DNA of 46,996 nucleotides from a virus. Taxonomy: Duplodnaviria; Caudoviricetes. The position numbers were made by a program, and so were the translations under genes. The notes beneath the pieces are model-generated. The model ran no database searches. It saw nothing but the letters and a program-made list of their open reading frames with translations, and was not told where the DNA came from. Of this stretch, positions 38,296 through 46,996 are shown piece by piece (within the stretch, counting starts at the first letter, position 1; the number at the start of each line of letters is the position of its first letter). The stretch lies in the IMG/VR virus record IMGVR_UViG_3300012157_000003, positions 1-46,996 of that record. The stretch is one strand, 5' to 3'.

Positions 38296-39556
38296 AGCAC
38301 CCGCTAGTATGAGAGGTGGGGAAAAAGTTGCTGAAACTACTGAAGAAATTTTAGATATTTTGGATCAGACAGATGAAAATGAATCCGACGATGAGGGTGG
38401 TGACAAAGCTTCTAAGGACGAAAAACCTGTCAAGAAAACTAAGGAAGGAACTAGAGATGTCGATGAGGAGGATGAGGGAGATTCAAAGAAGAAGGGCGAT
38501 AAAGAAGAAGAGGATGAGGAAAAGGAAGATAAGTTAGAAGAAGACGAGACAGAGAAAGAAGATAAAGTTGACGAACTTGTAACTCCTATTGCACTTAAGG
38601 AGATTACGACTAAGTATCCTAATATTCTTAAAGAGTTTCCATTTCTCGAGAAAGTTTACTATCGAGAAAAGAAATTCACTGAAATCTTTCCAACAGTTCA
38701 GGATGCTCGCGAGGCTGTAGAGAGGTTAGAGAACGTAGCATCTATTGAACAAGAAGTTCTTAGTGGTAAGACGGAAACGATTCTTAAAGCAATTAAAGAA
38801 TCTAATCCTCATGGATTTGCAGAATTAGTTGATGATTATTTACCGGCGCTTGAGAGAGTACATCCGGGAGCACAGGCTCATATTGCATCCAATATTGTAC
38901 GGGGAATCGTACTTAGGATGTACAATACTGCGAGGGATGATAATCAGAAAAATGCTGCATTAGTTCTTAGTGATTACTTTTGGCCGGGGCAAAATCCCAT
39001 GCCACCTCAGCAATTTAGTAATCCTAATGCTCCACCAAAGCAAGATGAAAAGCTAACACAGGAACGTCAGAACTTTGAAAACCAGCGATTCGAGTATGCG
39101 GCTGTTGATTTAAATAGCAGAGTATTAAATCAACTCAAAGCTACGATTGATAATAACATTGATAAAGAAAATGTAATGACTGCCTTTATCAAGAAGAATG
39201 CAATTACAGAAGTTCAAGCCAAACTTGAGGAAGTATTAACTACTGACTCAAGATTCATGTCTCATATAAATACTTTATGGCAGAGAGCTAAAGCTGCCGG
39301 ATATTCTCGGTCACATATGGATAATATTCGTTCTGCTTATCTTGGCAAAGCAAAGACGGTATTAGCTCCAATAATTGTTAAGGTTCGTAATGAAGCCCTT
39401 AAAGGGGTAAGAAGAGCTAAACCCGAAAATAATGACGAAGATAAGCGTGGACCAATTCCAACGGGCAGATCCGCGGCCGAATCTAATAATAAAGGCGGAA
39501 ATAAAAAATCTATCCCCCAAGGAATGAGTGTTGAAGATTACATAATGTCTGATTAG
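38270..39556 (+). CDS. Capsid scaffolding protein
   Basis: Very acidic N-terminus and helical body; lies between portal and capsid. Confidence 0.75.
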   Translation: MANNPLQVEAPASMRGGEKVAETTEEILDILDQTDENESDDEGGDKASKDEKPVKKTKEGTRDVDEEDEGDSKKKGDKEEEDEEKEDKLEEDETEKEDKVDELVTPIALKEITTKYPNILKEFPFLEKVYYREKKFTEIFPTVQDAREAVERLENVASIEQEVLSGKTETILKAIKESNPHGFAELVDDYLPALERVHPGAQAHIASNIVRGIVLRMYNTARDDNQKNAALVLSDYFWPGQNPMPPQQFSNPNAPPKQDEKLTQERQNFENQRFEYAAVDLNSRVLNQLKATIDNNIDKENVMTAFIKKNAITEVQAKLEEVLTTDSRFMSHINTLWQRAKAAGYSRSHMDNIRSAYLGKAKTVLAPIIVKVRNEALKGVRRAKPENNDEDKRGPIPTGRSAAESNNKGGNKKSIPQGMSVEDYIMSD

Positions 39557-39566
39557 GATTACATAC

Positions 39567-40820
39567 ATGGCCGCATTTAATGAATCTGAAGTAGCAGGCG
39601 CAGAGTTAGAAAGAGTTCTGCCAAAGGTTCAGGTTGCATTTGAGAGTGATGATAAGTTCTACAATGCGATTAAAAAGCGCAACGTAGAGGTTATGTCATA
39701 TCGTCAGATGCGAGTTCCGATTGAGATTCGTACTGGTGGATCTTTCGGATATTTTGATCCTGATGGTGGAGATATGGGTCGTGGTAGTGGACCCACCATT
39801 GATAAAGCAGTTGTTCAGCCCGTATTCATGTACGAGGCTATTGAATATACTAAGCTTTCTCAGTGGGCAACAGATGATAGCAGGAAAGCTGTTATTAATG
39901 GCGTGAGGAGACTTACTGCTGGTGCATTAAAAGAAATCAAGCGTCAGATTGATGCACAGTTACAGCAGAATGGTAGTGGAGTAGTTGGAACTATTACATC
40001 TGTTACTACTTCTGGTAGTGTTGATACATACGTTTGCACAACGGATGGTTTTGGCGTTAGGTTAGTTAGATCAAAGCAGGAAATTCAGGTCTTTGATGCT
40101 ACCTTAGCTACACTTCGTGGAAGTGGTACGATTACTTTCTACGACGTCGCGAATAAAACCATTAAGGTTACGCCAGCAATTGCAGGTGTTGTTGCAACAG
40201 ATGTGATCGTTGTTAAGGGTATTAGTTCTCCTAGTTCCTTACCAGCACTTTATGGTGTGCCTTATCATCACAGCAATGCAAGTACGGGAACGTGGTTAGG
40301 ATTTAATCGTGCAACGACTCCTGAAATTCGTAGTAATCGAGTCAATGCTGCAAGTAATCCTCTCACATTACCGCTTCCACGCCTCGCGATTAATATGATT
40401 GGTAATCGTGTAGGTATTGAGAATCCTTTTAAACCTGTTGCATGGATGCATCCTGCACAGAAACAGGCTTATGAGGAAATTGGACAGTTAGTTTCAATCA
40501 TTCACAAACAGCCAAAAGAAGAGGGATTAAATCTCTACTTCAACGACAATATGCAGATGGCTGGAGCTGCAGTACGAGATCATTTCAATTGGGATATGAC
40601 TCGTATTGATTTTGTTTCAGAATCTGTTTGGGGTCGTGGGGAAATTCTTCCGATTGGATTCTACAAGACTGATGGACGACAGATTTTTGAAATTCGTTCA
40701 TCGTCTGGTGGTCTCAATACGGCAGATATTTTCTATATGGTTCTTGGTACGCAGACGTTTGTGAATAACCCAGCGGCTACTTCGTATATTGATGCGCTGG
40801 ATGTTCCAGCTGGATACTAG
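39567..40820 (+). CDS. Major capsid protein
   Basis: 417 aa after the scaffold; HK97-like pattern with a beta-rich insertion domain. Confidence 0.85.
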   Translation: MAAFNESEVAGAELERVLPKVQVAFESDDKFYNAIKKRNVEVMSYRQMRVPIEIRTGGSFGYFDPDGGDMGRGSGPTIDKAVVQPVFMYEAIEYTKLSQWATDDSRKAVINGVRRLTAGALKEIKRQIDAQLQQNGSGVVGTITSVTTSGSVDTYVCTTDGFGVRLVRSKQEIQVFDATLATLRGSGTITFYDVANKTIKVTPAIAGVVATDVIVVKGISSPSSLPALYGVPYHHSNASTGTWLGFNRATTPEIRSNRVNAASNPLTLPLPRLAINMIGNRVGIENPFKPVAWMHPAQKQAYEEIGQLVSIIHKQPKEEGLNLYFNDNMQMAGAAVRDHFNWDMTRIDFVSESVWGRGEILPIGFYKTDGRQIFEIRSSSGGLNTADIFYMVLGTQTFVNNPAATSYIDALDVPAGY

Positions 40821-40829
40821 GGGGATATT

Positions 40830-41165
40830 ATGAGCGATTTAGATTACCAGAACCTTAGTCCAGTTCAGAGCAAACAGCAACCTACTCCTACTCGTGTAGC
40901 TGCGACTGCTGCTAATGATACGATCTCACCGAATACGAGATTAACTGTTATCACTAGTAGCAATAGTGCCTCTAAGACAATTCGCACGATTGTACCGTAT
41001 GTTACGGGGTATCATGAGATTGTTTTAATGGGTACAGATGCAAGTCCTACTCCATTAGTTACGGGTGGGAATATTGGTGTAGCATATACAATCGTTCAGA
41101 ATAGGCCCGTAGTGTTATTCTACGATCCTGTTCTCGCATTGTATTACCCGATGGCAGTTAGCTAG
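40830..41165 (+). CDS. Capsid decoration/cement-like protein
   Basis: 111-aa beta-rich protein right after the capsid gene; TGGNI motif. Confidence 0.6.
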   Translation: MSDLDYQNLSPVQSKQQPTPTRVAATAANDTISPNTRLTVITSSNSASKTIRTIVPYVTGYHEIVLMGTDASPTPLVTGGNIGVAYTIVQNRPVVLFYDPVLALYYPMAVS

Positions 41166-41206
41166 TAATCAAAGGGGGATGCGCATCCTATAAACGCATT
41201 TATATT

Positions 41207-41395
41207 ATGCCTACAATTAAAGAAGCAGATGAAGCAAAGAAGGAATTTAAGGATACACCTCTTGAGAAATTGCTAGAAAGAGAAAGAGAAATCCTTAAGA
41301 GTTTTAATGGTATTGAAGGTGATATTCCTTTACACCATAAGTTTTGGGTGATTCGTAATGTCATTAGAGCCAAACGAAACAATCCAGACGCTTAA
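41207..41395 (+). CDS. Hypothetical protein
   Basis: 62-aa ORF. Confidence 0.5.
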   Translation: MPTIKEADEAKKEFKDTPLEKLLEREREILKSFNGIEGDIPLHHKFWVIRNVIRAKRNNPDA

Positions 41396-41930
41396 CGAGA
41401 GACTAAGATCTTTATTCGGATTTTTCTCTCATACAGCGAATCCTCTTTGGAGAATCGTTTTCTCATTCGATGAGTTTGAAAAACGATGGGTAACTCATAC
41501 TCCAGAAGGATTTAATTTAACTAGTCCGATTATAGCGTTAAGACCAAAGTATAGAAATTATATTAATCCTCCGGCTTTTGTGCTCGAAAGAGCAATGGAG
41601 ATTCCTCCTTTTGCTAATACGGATTTAGTAGAGAAATTCTCTTATGAGCCAGTTTGGGTATTTAAGGATGCGCGAGGAAATAACTTACCACCAATCTGGC
41701 CGGCAATTAAGTTAATTATTGAGAGTGTTAATAGTAAAAGCGCGAGGTCAGTGGGGGCTAAATATAAAGATCCTGAAATTGGTGATACCCCAGAAGAAAC
41801 TTTAGAACTTCAAAATGCAGCGTTAGATAAGTTAGCGAATGAATTGTTTGGGGAGAGTAGTGATATTGCGGATTCACTACACTACAAAAATGCCGTAATT
41901 GTTCCGCATAAACAGTTTGGAGATAAATAA
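41358..41930 (+). CDS. Hypothetical morphogenesis-region protein
   Basis: 190-aa ORF. Confidence 0.6.
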   Translation: MSLEPNETIQTLNERLRSLFGFFSHTANPLWRIVFSFDEFEKRWVTHTPEGFNLTSPIIALRPKYRNYINPPAFVLERAMEIPPFANTDLVEKFSYEPVWVFKDARGNNLPPIWPAIKLIIESVNSKSARSVGAKYKDPEIGDTPEETLELQNAALDKLANELFGESSDIADSLHYKNAVIVPHKQFGDK

Positions 41931-41931
41931 A

Positions 41932-42627
41932 ATGGCTCTTGTCACGGAAGTTAATCAGCTTGCTCCAAATAATCGTATGACCCAGAGGATGCCTGTAAAT
42001 CCTTTAGATGTTTGTACGATTGTTAGTATTTTTCCTGAACGTATTGTAGAGAAAAAGCATACGATTCAACCGGGGATTTTTATTATTCCTAAGGGATCTT
42101 ATGAAATTCCTGGTATTCTTCATGTTGGTCCTTCTTCATGGTGGAAAGATGTTGGTCCGGAACAAGATCTTGTAGAGATTCCTACGAGTTCAGTTCTTAT
42201 TGCTGATAGTGTTATTAGAGATTGGGCTAATGGTCTTCTTGCTTGTAATATGGGCGATAGAATGCCTGGATTATTTTGGGTGCCCGGAGAAAAAGAAATT
42301 GGTAATATTCTTACTGAACATCGACGAGAGTTAGATATTGCATTAGCAAGACAAAGAAATTGGTACGAGGCACAGGTTAAGATTGCTGATACGTTGTGGG
42401 CGCGTACACAAGGTAATCCAGTAAGTATTTCTAATCATGCTCGCCTCGCGGCCCAAGAATTAGGTTTAAAGAATAAGCCTTGGATGCAGGATTTCTCTAC
42501 GATCCAAATGAAGAATTGTCCAATGTGCGGGCATCTTTGGAATCCAGCTTTTCCAATGTGTGGAAATTGCAAGACTATTATTGATCCAAAAAGGGTTGAA
42601 GAACTTTCTTTAAAGCAGGTTGAATAA
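41932..42627 (+). CDS. Hypothetical protein with C-terminal zinc ribbon
   Basis: ATG at 41932 after GGAG; CPMC...CGNC. Confidence 0.65.
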   Translation: MALVTEVNQLAPNNRMTQRMPVNPLDVCTIVSIFPERIVEKKHTIQPGIFIIPKGSYEIPGILHVGPSSWWKDVGPEQDLVEIPTSSVLIADSVIRDWANGLLACNMGDRMPGLFWVPGEKEIGNILTEHRRELDIALARQRNWYEAQVKIADTLWARTQGNPVSISNHARLAAQELGLKNKPWMQDFSTIQMKNCPMCGHLWNPAFPMCGNCKTIIDPKRVEELSLKQVE

Positions 42628-42628
42628 T

Positions 42629-43306
42629 ATGGAAAAAGCCGCATGGATAATGGATGACAGTGCTGCGTACTTAAATGATAACACAAGGTCTATCTTTACC
42701 TATGCGGCCCAACTTCCTTATTTGAGAACTGCTTTTAGAGAATTAGAAGAACTCTATCAAGCTAATAGTGTACCTGTTACTAATGCTCAGGTGCAGAATT
42801 TAATCATTGCAGTTGGAGTTACGGATATTGGAGGTCCTACGGGGCCTGCTTTACCTAATGATTTTATTGAACCTATTAAGTTGTATGAAAGGCAACAGGG
42901 TTCTACTTATGATTTTGTGGAAATGACTCATAGAGAATTCTTACCTACTAATCAGGTTCCATTAAACTTATTAACTTTTTGGTCATTTGAAGATCAGATA
43001 ATTAAGTTACTTGAAGCAACTTCTATTATGGAAGTGCTTCTTAGGTACACCGCGAAATCCTTTGGAAATATCGAAAATGAAAATACGCAAATTAGGATTT
43101 CTAATACTCGTACTTTTCTTGGATATAGGACTGCTGCTCTATGCGCCGAGTTTATTGGCGAAAACACTGAGAGAGCACAATCTCTTAATATCATGGCCCA
43201 GCTCGCGGTAGATAGGGTACTTAATATTACTACAAAAGGTAGGCAAAATATTGCTACCAGAAGGAGGCCATTCTTAGCTGGATATAAAAATCGTACAATT
43301 CTTTAG
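42629..43306 (+). CDS. Head-tail adaptor protein
   Basis: AAYLND...YLRTAFREL, LPNDFIEP and FLGYRTAALCA pattern of podoviral adaptors. Confidence 0.7.
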   Translation: MEKAAWIMDDSAAYLNDNTRSIFTYAAQLPYLRTAFRELEELYQANSVPVTNAQVQNLIIAVGVTDIGGPTGPALPNDFIEPIKLYERQQGSTYDFVEMTHREFLPTNQVPLNLLTFWSFEDQIIKLLEATSIMEVLLRYTAKSFGNIENENTQIRISNTRTFLGYRTAALCAEFIGENTERAQSLNIMAQLAVDRVLNITTKGRQNIATRRRPFLAGYKNRTIL

Positions 43307-43357
43307 TTCTCTGTTCGTAGTTTGAATGGTGAGGTAAAAGCTCACTGGAGAAACAAA

Positions 43358-44329
43358 ATGCCTTCTAGTCAAGTTCAGAATAATATTTGGGCAAGATTGC
43401 GTGGAGCTGTCGCGGGACAAGCAATTGGGAATACATACTCGTTATTATCTGATGGTGGGCAGTTTGCACCCCCCACAGCTAATTTAGGTAATGGCCGTAC
43501 TTATATGGTTGATCCTCAGAATGGTTCAGATTCTAATGATGGGGTTGCGTGGGATCAGGCATTTGCTACAATGACAGCGGCATTTGCTGTTGTTGCTGAT
43601 TATGACACTATTCTTCTTAATGGTGTTCTTCGAGAACAGGTTACAGCTCCTCTAGGAGTATTTGATGTAACTATTCTTGGGGCCGCAAATAATCCACGTC
43701 AAGCAACAAGTGGTGGAGTTCCTACAGGTGGTGGTGCTACATGGTTAGCTCCTACAAGTCCTGCGGCTACTACTCCATTATTGACATTATTAGAACAGGC
43801 ATGGACCATTGATAATATTTTCTTTGGTACAGTAGCTTCCACGCCATCCTTAAGACTTAAAGGATTAGAAACAGCTTCATTTCCAGATGCCTCACATGCA
43901 ATTGTTAGGAATTGTGCATTTGCTACTCAGGGATTAACTGCCGAAGTGGGTATTGGTGGATGGAATTTATTCAATACTATCTTTAAGAATTGCAGATTTC
44001 AGGGTCTGACTGGAACTGCTATTGCCGGGGAAGATGTTAGTATTAGAACACCCGCTGAAAATCAAATCCTTGATTGTTATTTCCGAGAATGCGCAAATGC
44101 CATTAATATGCCTATGAATTATGGACGTATTGTGGGTAATTTCTTCAAGGATATTACAACTCTCCAGATTGATATTAATGCGGGAGCCGATAATTACGTT
44201 TGTTTCAATATGTTTGATAAATCCCAGGCAAACATCTCTATTGCTCAGGGGTTTGTTGGTAATGCAAGTGATATGTGGAGAAATTGGTCTTCAGATACTG
44301 CTGCATTAACTGTTGGCGTTCCTGCATAA
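43358..44329 (+). CDS. Right-handed beta-helix (pectin-lyase-like) tailspike/depolymerase
   Basis: YMVDPQNGSDSNDG..W..AFATM cap and repeats IVRNCAF, FKNCRF, ILDCYF, IVGNFF. Confidence 0.8.
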   Translation: MPSSQVQNNIWARLRGAVAGQAIGNTYSLLSDGGQFAPPTANLGNGRTYMVDPQNGSDSNDGVAWDQAFATMTAAFAVVADYDTILLNGVLREQVTAPLGVFDVTILGAANNPRQATSGGVPTGGGATWLAPTSPAATTPLLTLLEQAWTIDNIFFGTVASTPSLRLKGLETASFPDASHAIVRNCAFATQGLTAEVGIGGWNLFNTIFKNCRFQGLTGTAIAGEDVSIRTPAENQILDCYFRECANAINMPMNYGRIVGNFFKDITTLQIDINAGADNYVCFNMFDKSQANISIAQGFVGNASDMWRNWSSDTAALTVGVPA

Positions 44330-44344
44330 GAATAGGATTATACA

Positions 44345-44578
44345 ATGTCATCTCAGATTACTGTTACTGGTAAAGCTGGTCCTGGATTAACTGTTACGGC
44401 GGTTGTGCTAACTCTTATTCGTAGTTTTAGTGTGGGAGTTGATTTAACTGCATTGGGTAATTTCAATATCTTAACTGTTACCATGAATACTGGTGAAGTT
44501 AAGCAGTACGATATTACTGATGCGACTACGTTTACGGTTACTAAGTCAGCTGGTAATTACACGATCGTTGTGAGCTAG
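44345..44578 (+). CDS. Small beta-rich virion protein
   Basis: 77 aa, T/V-rich. Confidence 0.6.
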   Translation: MSSQITVTGKAGPGLTVTAVVLTLIRSFSVGVDLTALGNFNILTVTMNTGEVKQYDITDATTFTVTKSAGNYTIVVS

Positions 44579-44626
44579 TAAAAAGAGTTTGGTAGTACCT
44601 CATTTTAAAAACTACCACCAATTATT

Positions 44627-44965
44627 ATGCCTGTAACGTCTAACAGAAAAGTAACGATTACTTTTGAGAATGATATTGAGTATTCTCAGGAGTTTAGTGC
44701 TATTCAAAATAGTGCTAGTCCCGGAGCTATTGATGTTGTTGCATTAGTTGTAGGGGCTAATACTATTACAGTTCCTACTGGAGCAACTGGAGCTACTATT
44801 ATTCCTCCAGCTACAAATACGGAAACCATGACTCTTAAGGGAGTTAGTGGTGATACTGGAATTGCTTTAGCTTTGACCAGTCCTACTTCTATTGGGTTAG
44901 CAACTGTTACTAGTTTTGTTATTACCGCGGGTGGAACGATTACTCTTAAGATTATTTGGTCATGA
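44627..44965 (+). CDS. Small beta-rich virion protein
   Basis: 112 aa, T-rich; TLKGVSGDTGI. Confidence 0.6.
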   Translation: MPVTSNRKVTITFENDIEYSQEFSAIQNSASPGAIDVVALVVGANTITVPTGATGATIIPPATNTETMTLKGVSGDTGIALALTSPTSIGLATVTSFVITAGGTITLKIIWS

Positions 44966-46497
44966 AAGATTTAAGGGATCATCAGCCAGTTAGAATTGAA
45001 GAATTTAATGGCCTCTGGGCGCGAGGGGATAAAGAGTCATGCCCATTAGATCATGAAACTGACTGTAATAATGTGATCTCTTTTGAAGGGGGTTTTCGTA
45101 CAAGACCTGGAATAACACTTCATCAAATTGGAGATGATCCTAATAGTACTATTCCAAATCTCATTAGAGTTTATAAGTATGTTTATAGAAATACAGGCGA
45201 TGGCTTATTACTTCTTGATGCTCTAGGAAATATTTATCATTCTAAATCTCCTACTCCGCTTACACCTATTCTAACTATTGCAACAATGACGGATTTTTCC
45301 TATGTTTCAATGGGAGGAAGAGCTTATATTACTCCGCATGATGGAAGTACGGGGCTAGAAAATGAGTTCTTGTATGTATATCTTGGTGATGGAACTCCTG
45401 CGAGAAAAGCTGCTGGAGCTGGACCTACAACTGCACCGACAGTAGCTAATGGAGCATCTACTGGAACACAAGCAACTGAAGCTGGAATACATATTATTGC
45501 CGTTGCGTATGAAACTAATACGGGGTTCATTACTAAATCTAGTCCAAAAGTAGAATTAAGCGCGCCGGGGGGAGATGAAGTAGATATAACAAATATTCCA
45601 GTTTCGCCTGATAGTTTTGTAGTGAAAAGGCATATTCTTTCTAGCAAAGCTATTGATCCAGTAGACTATACTCAAAACATAGATGGGTACGAATTATTCT
45701 TTGTACCTAATGGAACGATTGAAAATAATACAGCAACGGCTTTAACTCTTAATTGGTTCGATGCGGAATTGTTGGAAAGTGCTGATTACTTAAATGATCT
45801 TTTTGAAGAGATTCCAGCATTCGTAAATTTAACTACCTATCATAATAGGCTTGTGGGTGTGGGAGAGTTTGGAGATCCATCTAGTGAAGAAACATATGGA
45901 TTGATTTCTACTGCAAGATTAAGTGCTCCAGGGCAACCAGAAGCAATAGATCAGATTAGTGGATTAATAGTTGTTCCACTTAATGGAGAGGCTTTAAGTA
46001 ATTGTCAGGAGTATAGGGATGTACTCTATTTATTCAAAGTAACTCAAACCCATGCTTATAATGATAACGGAGATGATCCAAGTTCGTGGCCCGGAGTAGT
46101 TATAGATCAGGGTGTGGGAGCAAGTATTCATGGAATTGCTTATGTTCTAGATAGTGGTGGAGTAAACATAGAGTATTTGTTAGTTATTGATTACTCCGGC
46201 GTGATGATGTTTGATGGTGCTTATAGGAGACCTGAGCTTTCATGGAAGATAAAAGATTTTTGGTTTGAATTGGATAGAGATGATTTCAAGAATATGCAAT
46301 TCATGAATGATTCTTTGACCCAATGGATATACATAAATCTTCCAAATAGAACATTGCTCGTAGGAGATTACACTACTCATCTTGACCCAGAAAAAATTAA
46401 ATGGTGGAAATGGACCTTTGATATCCAGGTCACAACAATTGCATTAATAGAAAAGAATAAACTTATTATCGGTTCGCGGGCTGAGTTAGAACCATGA
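44962..46497 (+). CDS. Tail hub/nozzle protein (P22 gp10-like beta-propeller)
   Basis: EEFNGL start, RTRPG, YHNRLV, SAPGQPE and WWKW; position after the adaptor. Confidence 0.7.
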   Translation: MKDLRDHQPVRIEEFNGLWARGDKESCPLDHETDCNNVISFEGGFRTRPGITLHQIGDDPNSTIPNLIRVYKYVYRNTGDGLLLLDALGNIYHSKSPTPLTPILTIATMTDFSYVSMGGRAYITPHDGSTGLENEFLYVYLGDGTPARKAAGAGPTTAPTVANGASTGTQATEAGIHIIAVAYETNTGFITKSSPKVELSAPGGDEVDITNIPVSPDSFVVKRHILSSKAIDPVDYTQNIDGYELFFVPNGTIENNTATALTLNWFDAELLESADYLNDLFEEIPAFVNLTTYHNRLVGVGEFGDPSSEETYGLISTARLSAPGQPEAIDQISGLIVVPLNGEALSNCQEYRDVLYLFKVTQTHAYNDNGDDPSSWPGVVIDQGVGASIHGIAYVLDSGGVNIEYLLVIDYSGVMMFDGAYRRPELSWKIKDFWFELDRDDFKNMQFMNDSLTQWIYINLPNRTLLVGDYTTHLDPEKIKWWKWTFDIQVTTIALIEKNKLIIGSRAELEP

Positions 46498-46996
46498 GTG
46501 CTATTGCAAACGTAAGTGGGGAATTAATTCAACAATCCAATAACGTAGCTGCTAGTTCTAGCTGGACTGCTATGTGTTGGTTTCGTGTTCTTAGTACTCC
46601 CGGAGTTGGCGAGTATCGTACTGTTTTTACCAGAATTAATGCGGGTTATACTGCATGGTCTGGAATTTTTTGTGATGCAGGAACTAATGATTTTCGTATA
46701 AGTACGGATGATGGCGCGGGAACTAATGCTTTTACAAGCGCGCAAACTCTTACAGTTAATCAATGGATCCATTTAGGTTATGTAAAGTCGGGTAATACTC
46801 ATCGTTTCTATGTTAATGGAGTTTTATTTAGCCAAACTACTCTTAATATTAACGCGGTTGTCTTTACTGACTTGTATGCGTTAGGAGATACATTTGATGA
46901 TCCTAATGTAGAGATTGCATTTTTTAGAGAATGGAATGATGTTCTTTCCACACCTGATGTTGTGTTGGAAATGAACTCAACTATTCCAATTCAGAC
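46494..46996 (+). CDS. N-terminal LamG/concanavalin-A-like domain of a tail fibre; 3' partial (not in ORF track)
   Basis: ATG at 46494 (ATGA overlap), open to the window end: WTAMCWFR...NQWIHLGYVKSGNTHRFYVNG...FREWNDVLS. Confidence 0.8.
   Translation, partial: MSAIANVSGELIQQSNNVAASSSWTAMCWFRVLSTPGVGEYRTVFTRINAGYTAWSGIFCDAGTNDFRISTDDGAGTNAFTSAQTLTVNQWIHLGYVKSGNTHRFYVNGVLFSQTTLNINAVVFTDLYALGDTFDDPNVEIAFFREWNDVLSTPDVVLEMNSTIPIQ

Noticed and set aside
41161-44617. Stop-codon readthrough stimulated by the pseudoknots
   Set aside because: Both upstream genes end in a TAG TAA double stop, and at site 2 the frame closes again within a few codons.
1-46996. Alternative genetic code, CRISPR array, diversity-generating retroelement, introns or inteins
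   Set aside because: Core genes are intact in code 11 and use all three stops. There is no repeat-spacer array and no reverse transcriptase, and terL, polymerase and helicase have ordinary lengths.
46494-46996. Exact circular closure of the window
   Set aside because: A direct join shifts the fibre ORF out of frame and hits a stop within about 35 codons; no terminal overlap is visible.

Overview
A near-complete, circularly permuted genome of an AT-rich tailed phage (mid-30s % GC by eye) with P22/podovirus-like morphogenesis. It appears lytic: I see no integrase, repressor or RNA polymerase. Late/structural arm (+ strand, 25.4 kb through the window end to 7.9 kb): probable small terminase, four signal-peptide proteins, lysis-type membrane genes, large terminase, portal, scaffold, major capsid, adaptor, beta-helix tailspike, tail hub, LamG fibre, M15 peptidase, GNAT and three ejection-type proteins. 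Early/replication arm (- strand, 23.3 to 7.8 kb): SNF2-type helicase, PD-(D/E)XK nuclease, AAA_24 ATPase, SSB-like protein, cold-shock protein, a UDG-fused family A DNA polymerase, DUF3987 helicase-like protein, tRNA-Leu(TAA) and a dATP/dGTP diphosphohydrolase. A divergent control region lies at 23.3-25.4 kb. The most unusual signals are: (1) four tandem virion-like proteins that all have Sec-type signal peptides and even cysteine counts; (2) an identical MAKGD N-terminus on four unrelated proteins, each encoded by different codons; (3) the 7-mer CGCGAGG, hand-counted 25 times against about 1 expected; (4) TTA codons absent from three early genes but common in the capsid gene, alongside the phage's own tRNA-Leu(TAA). 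All family calls come from motif recognition by eye; no searches were run.
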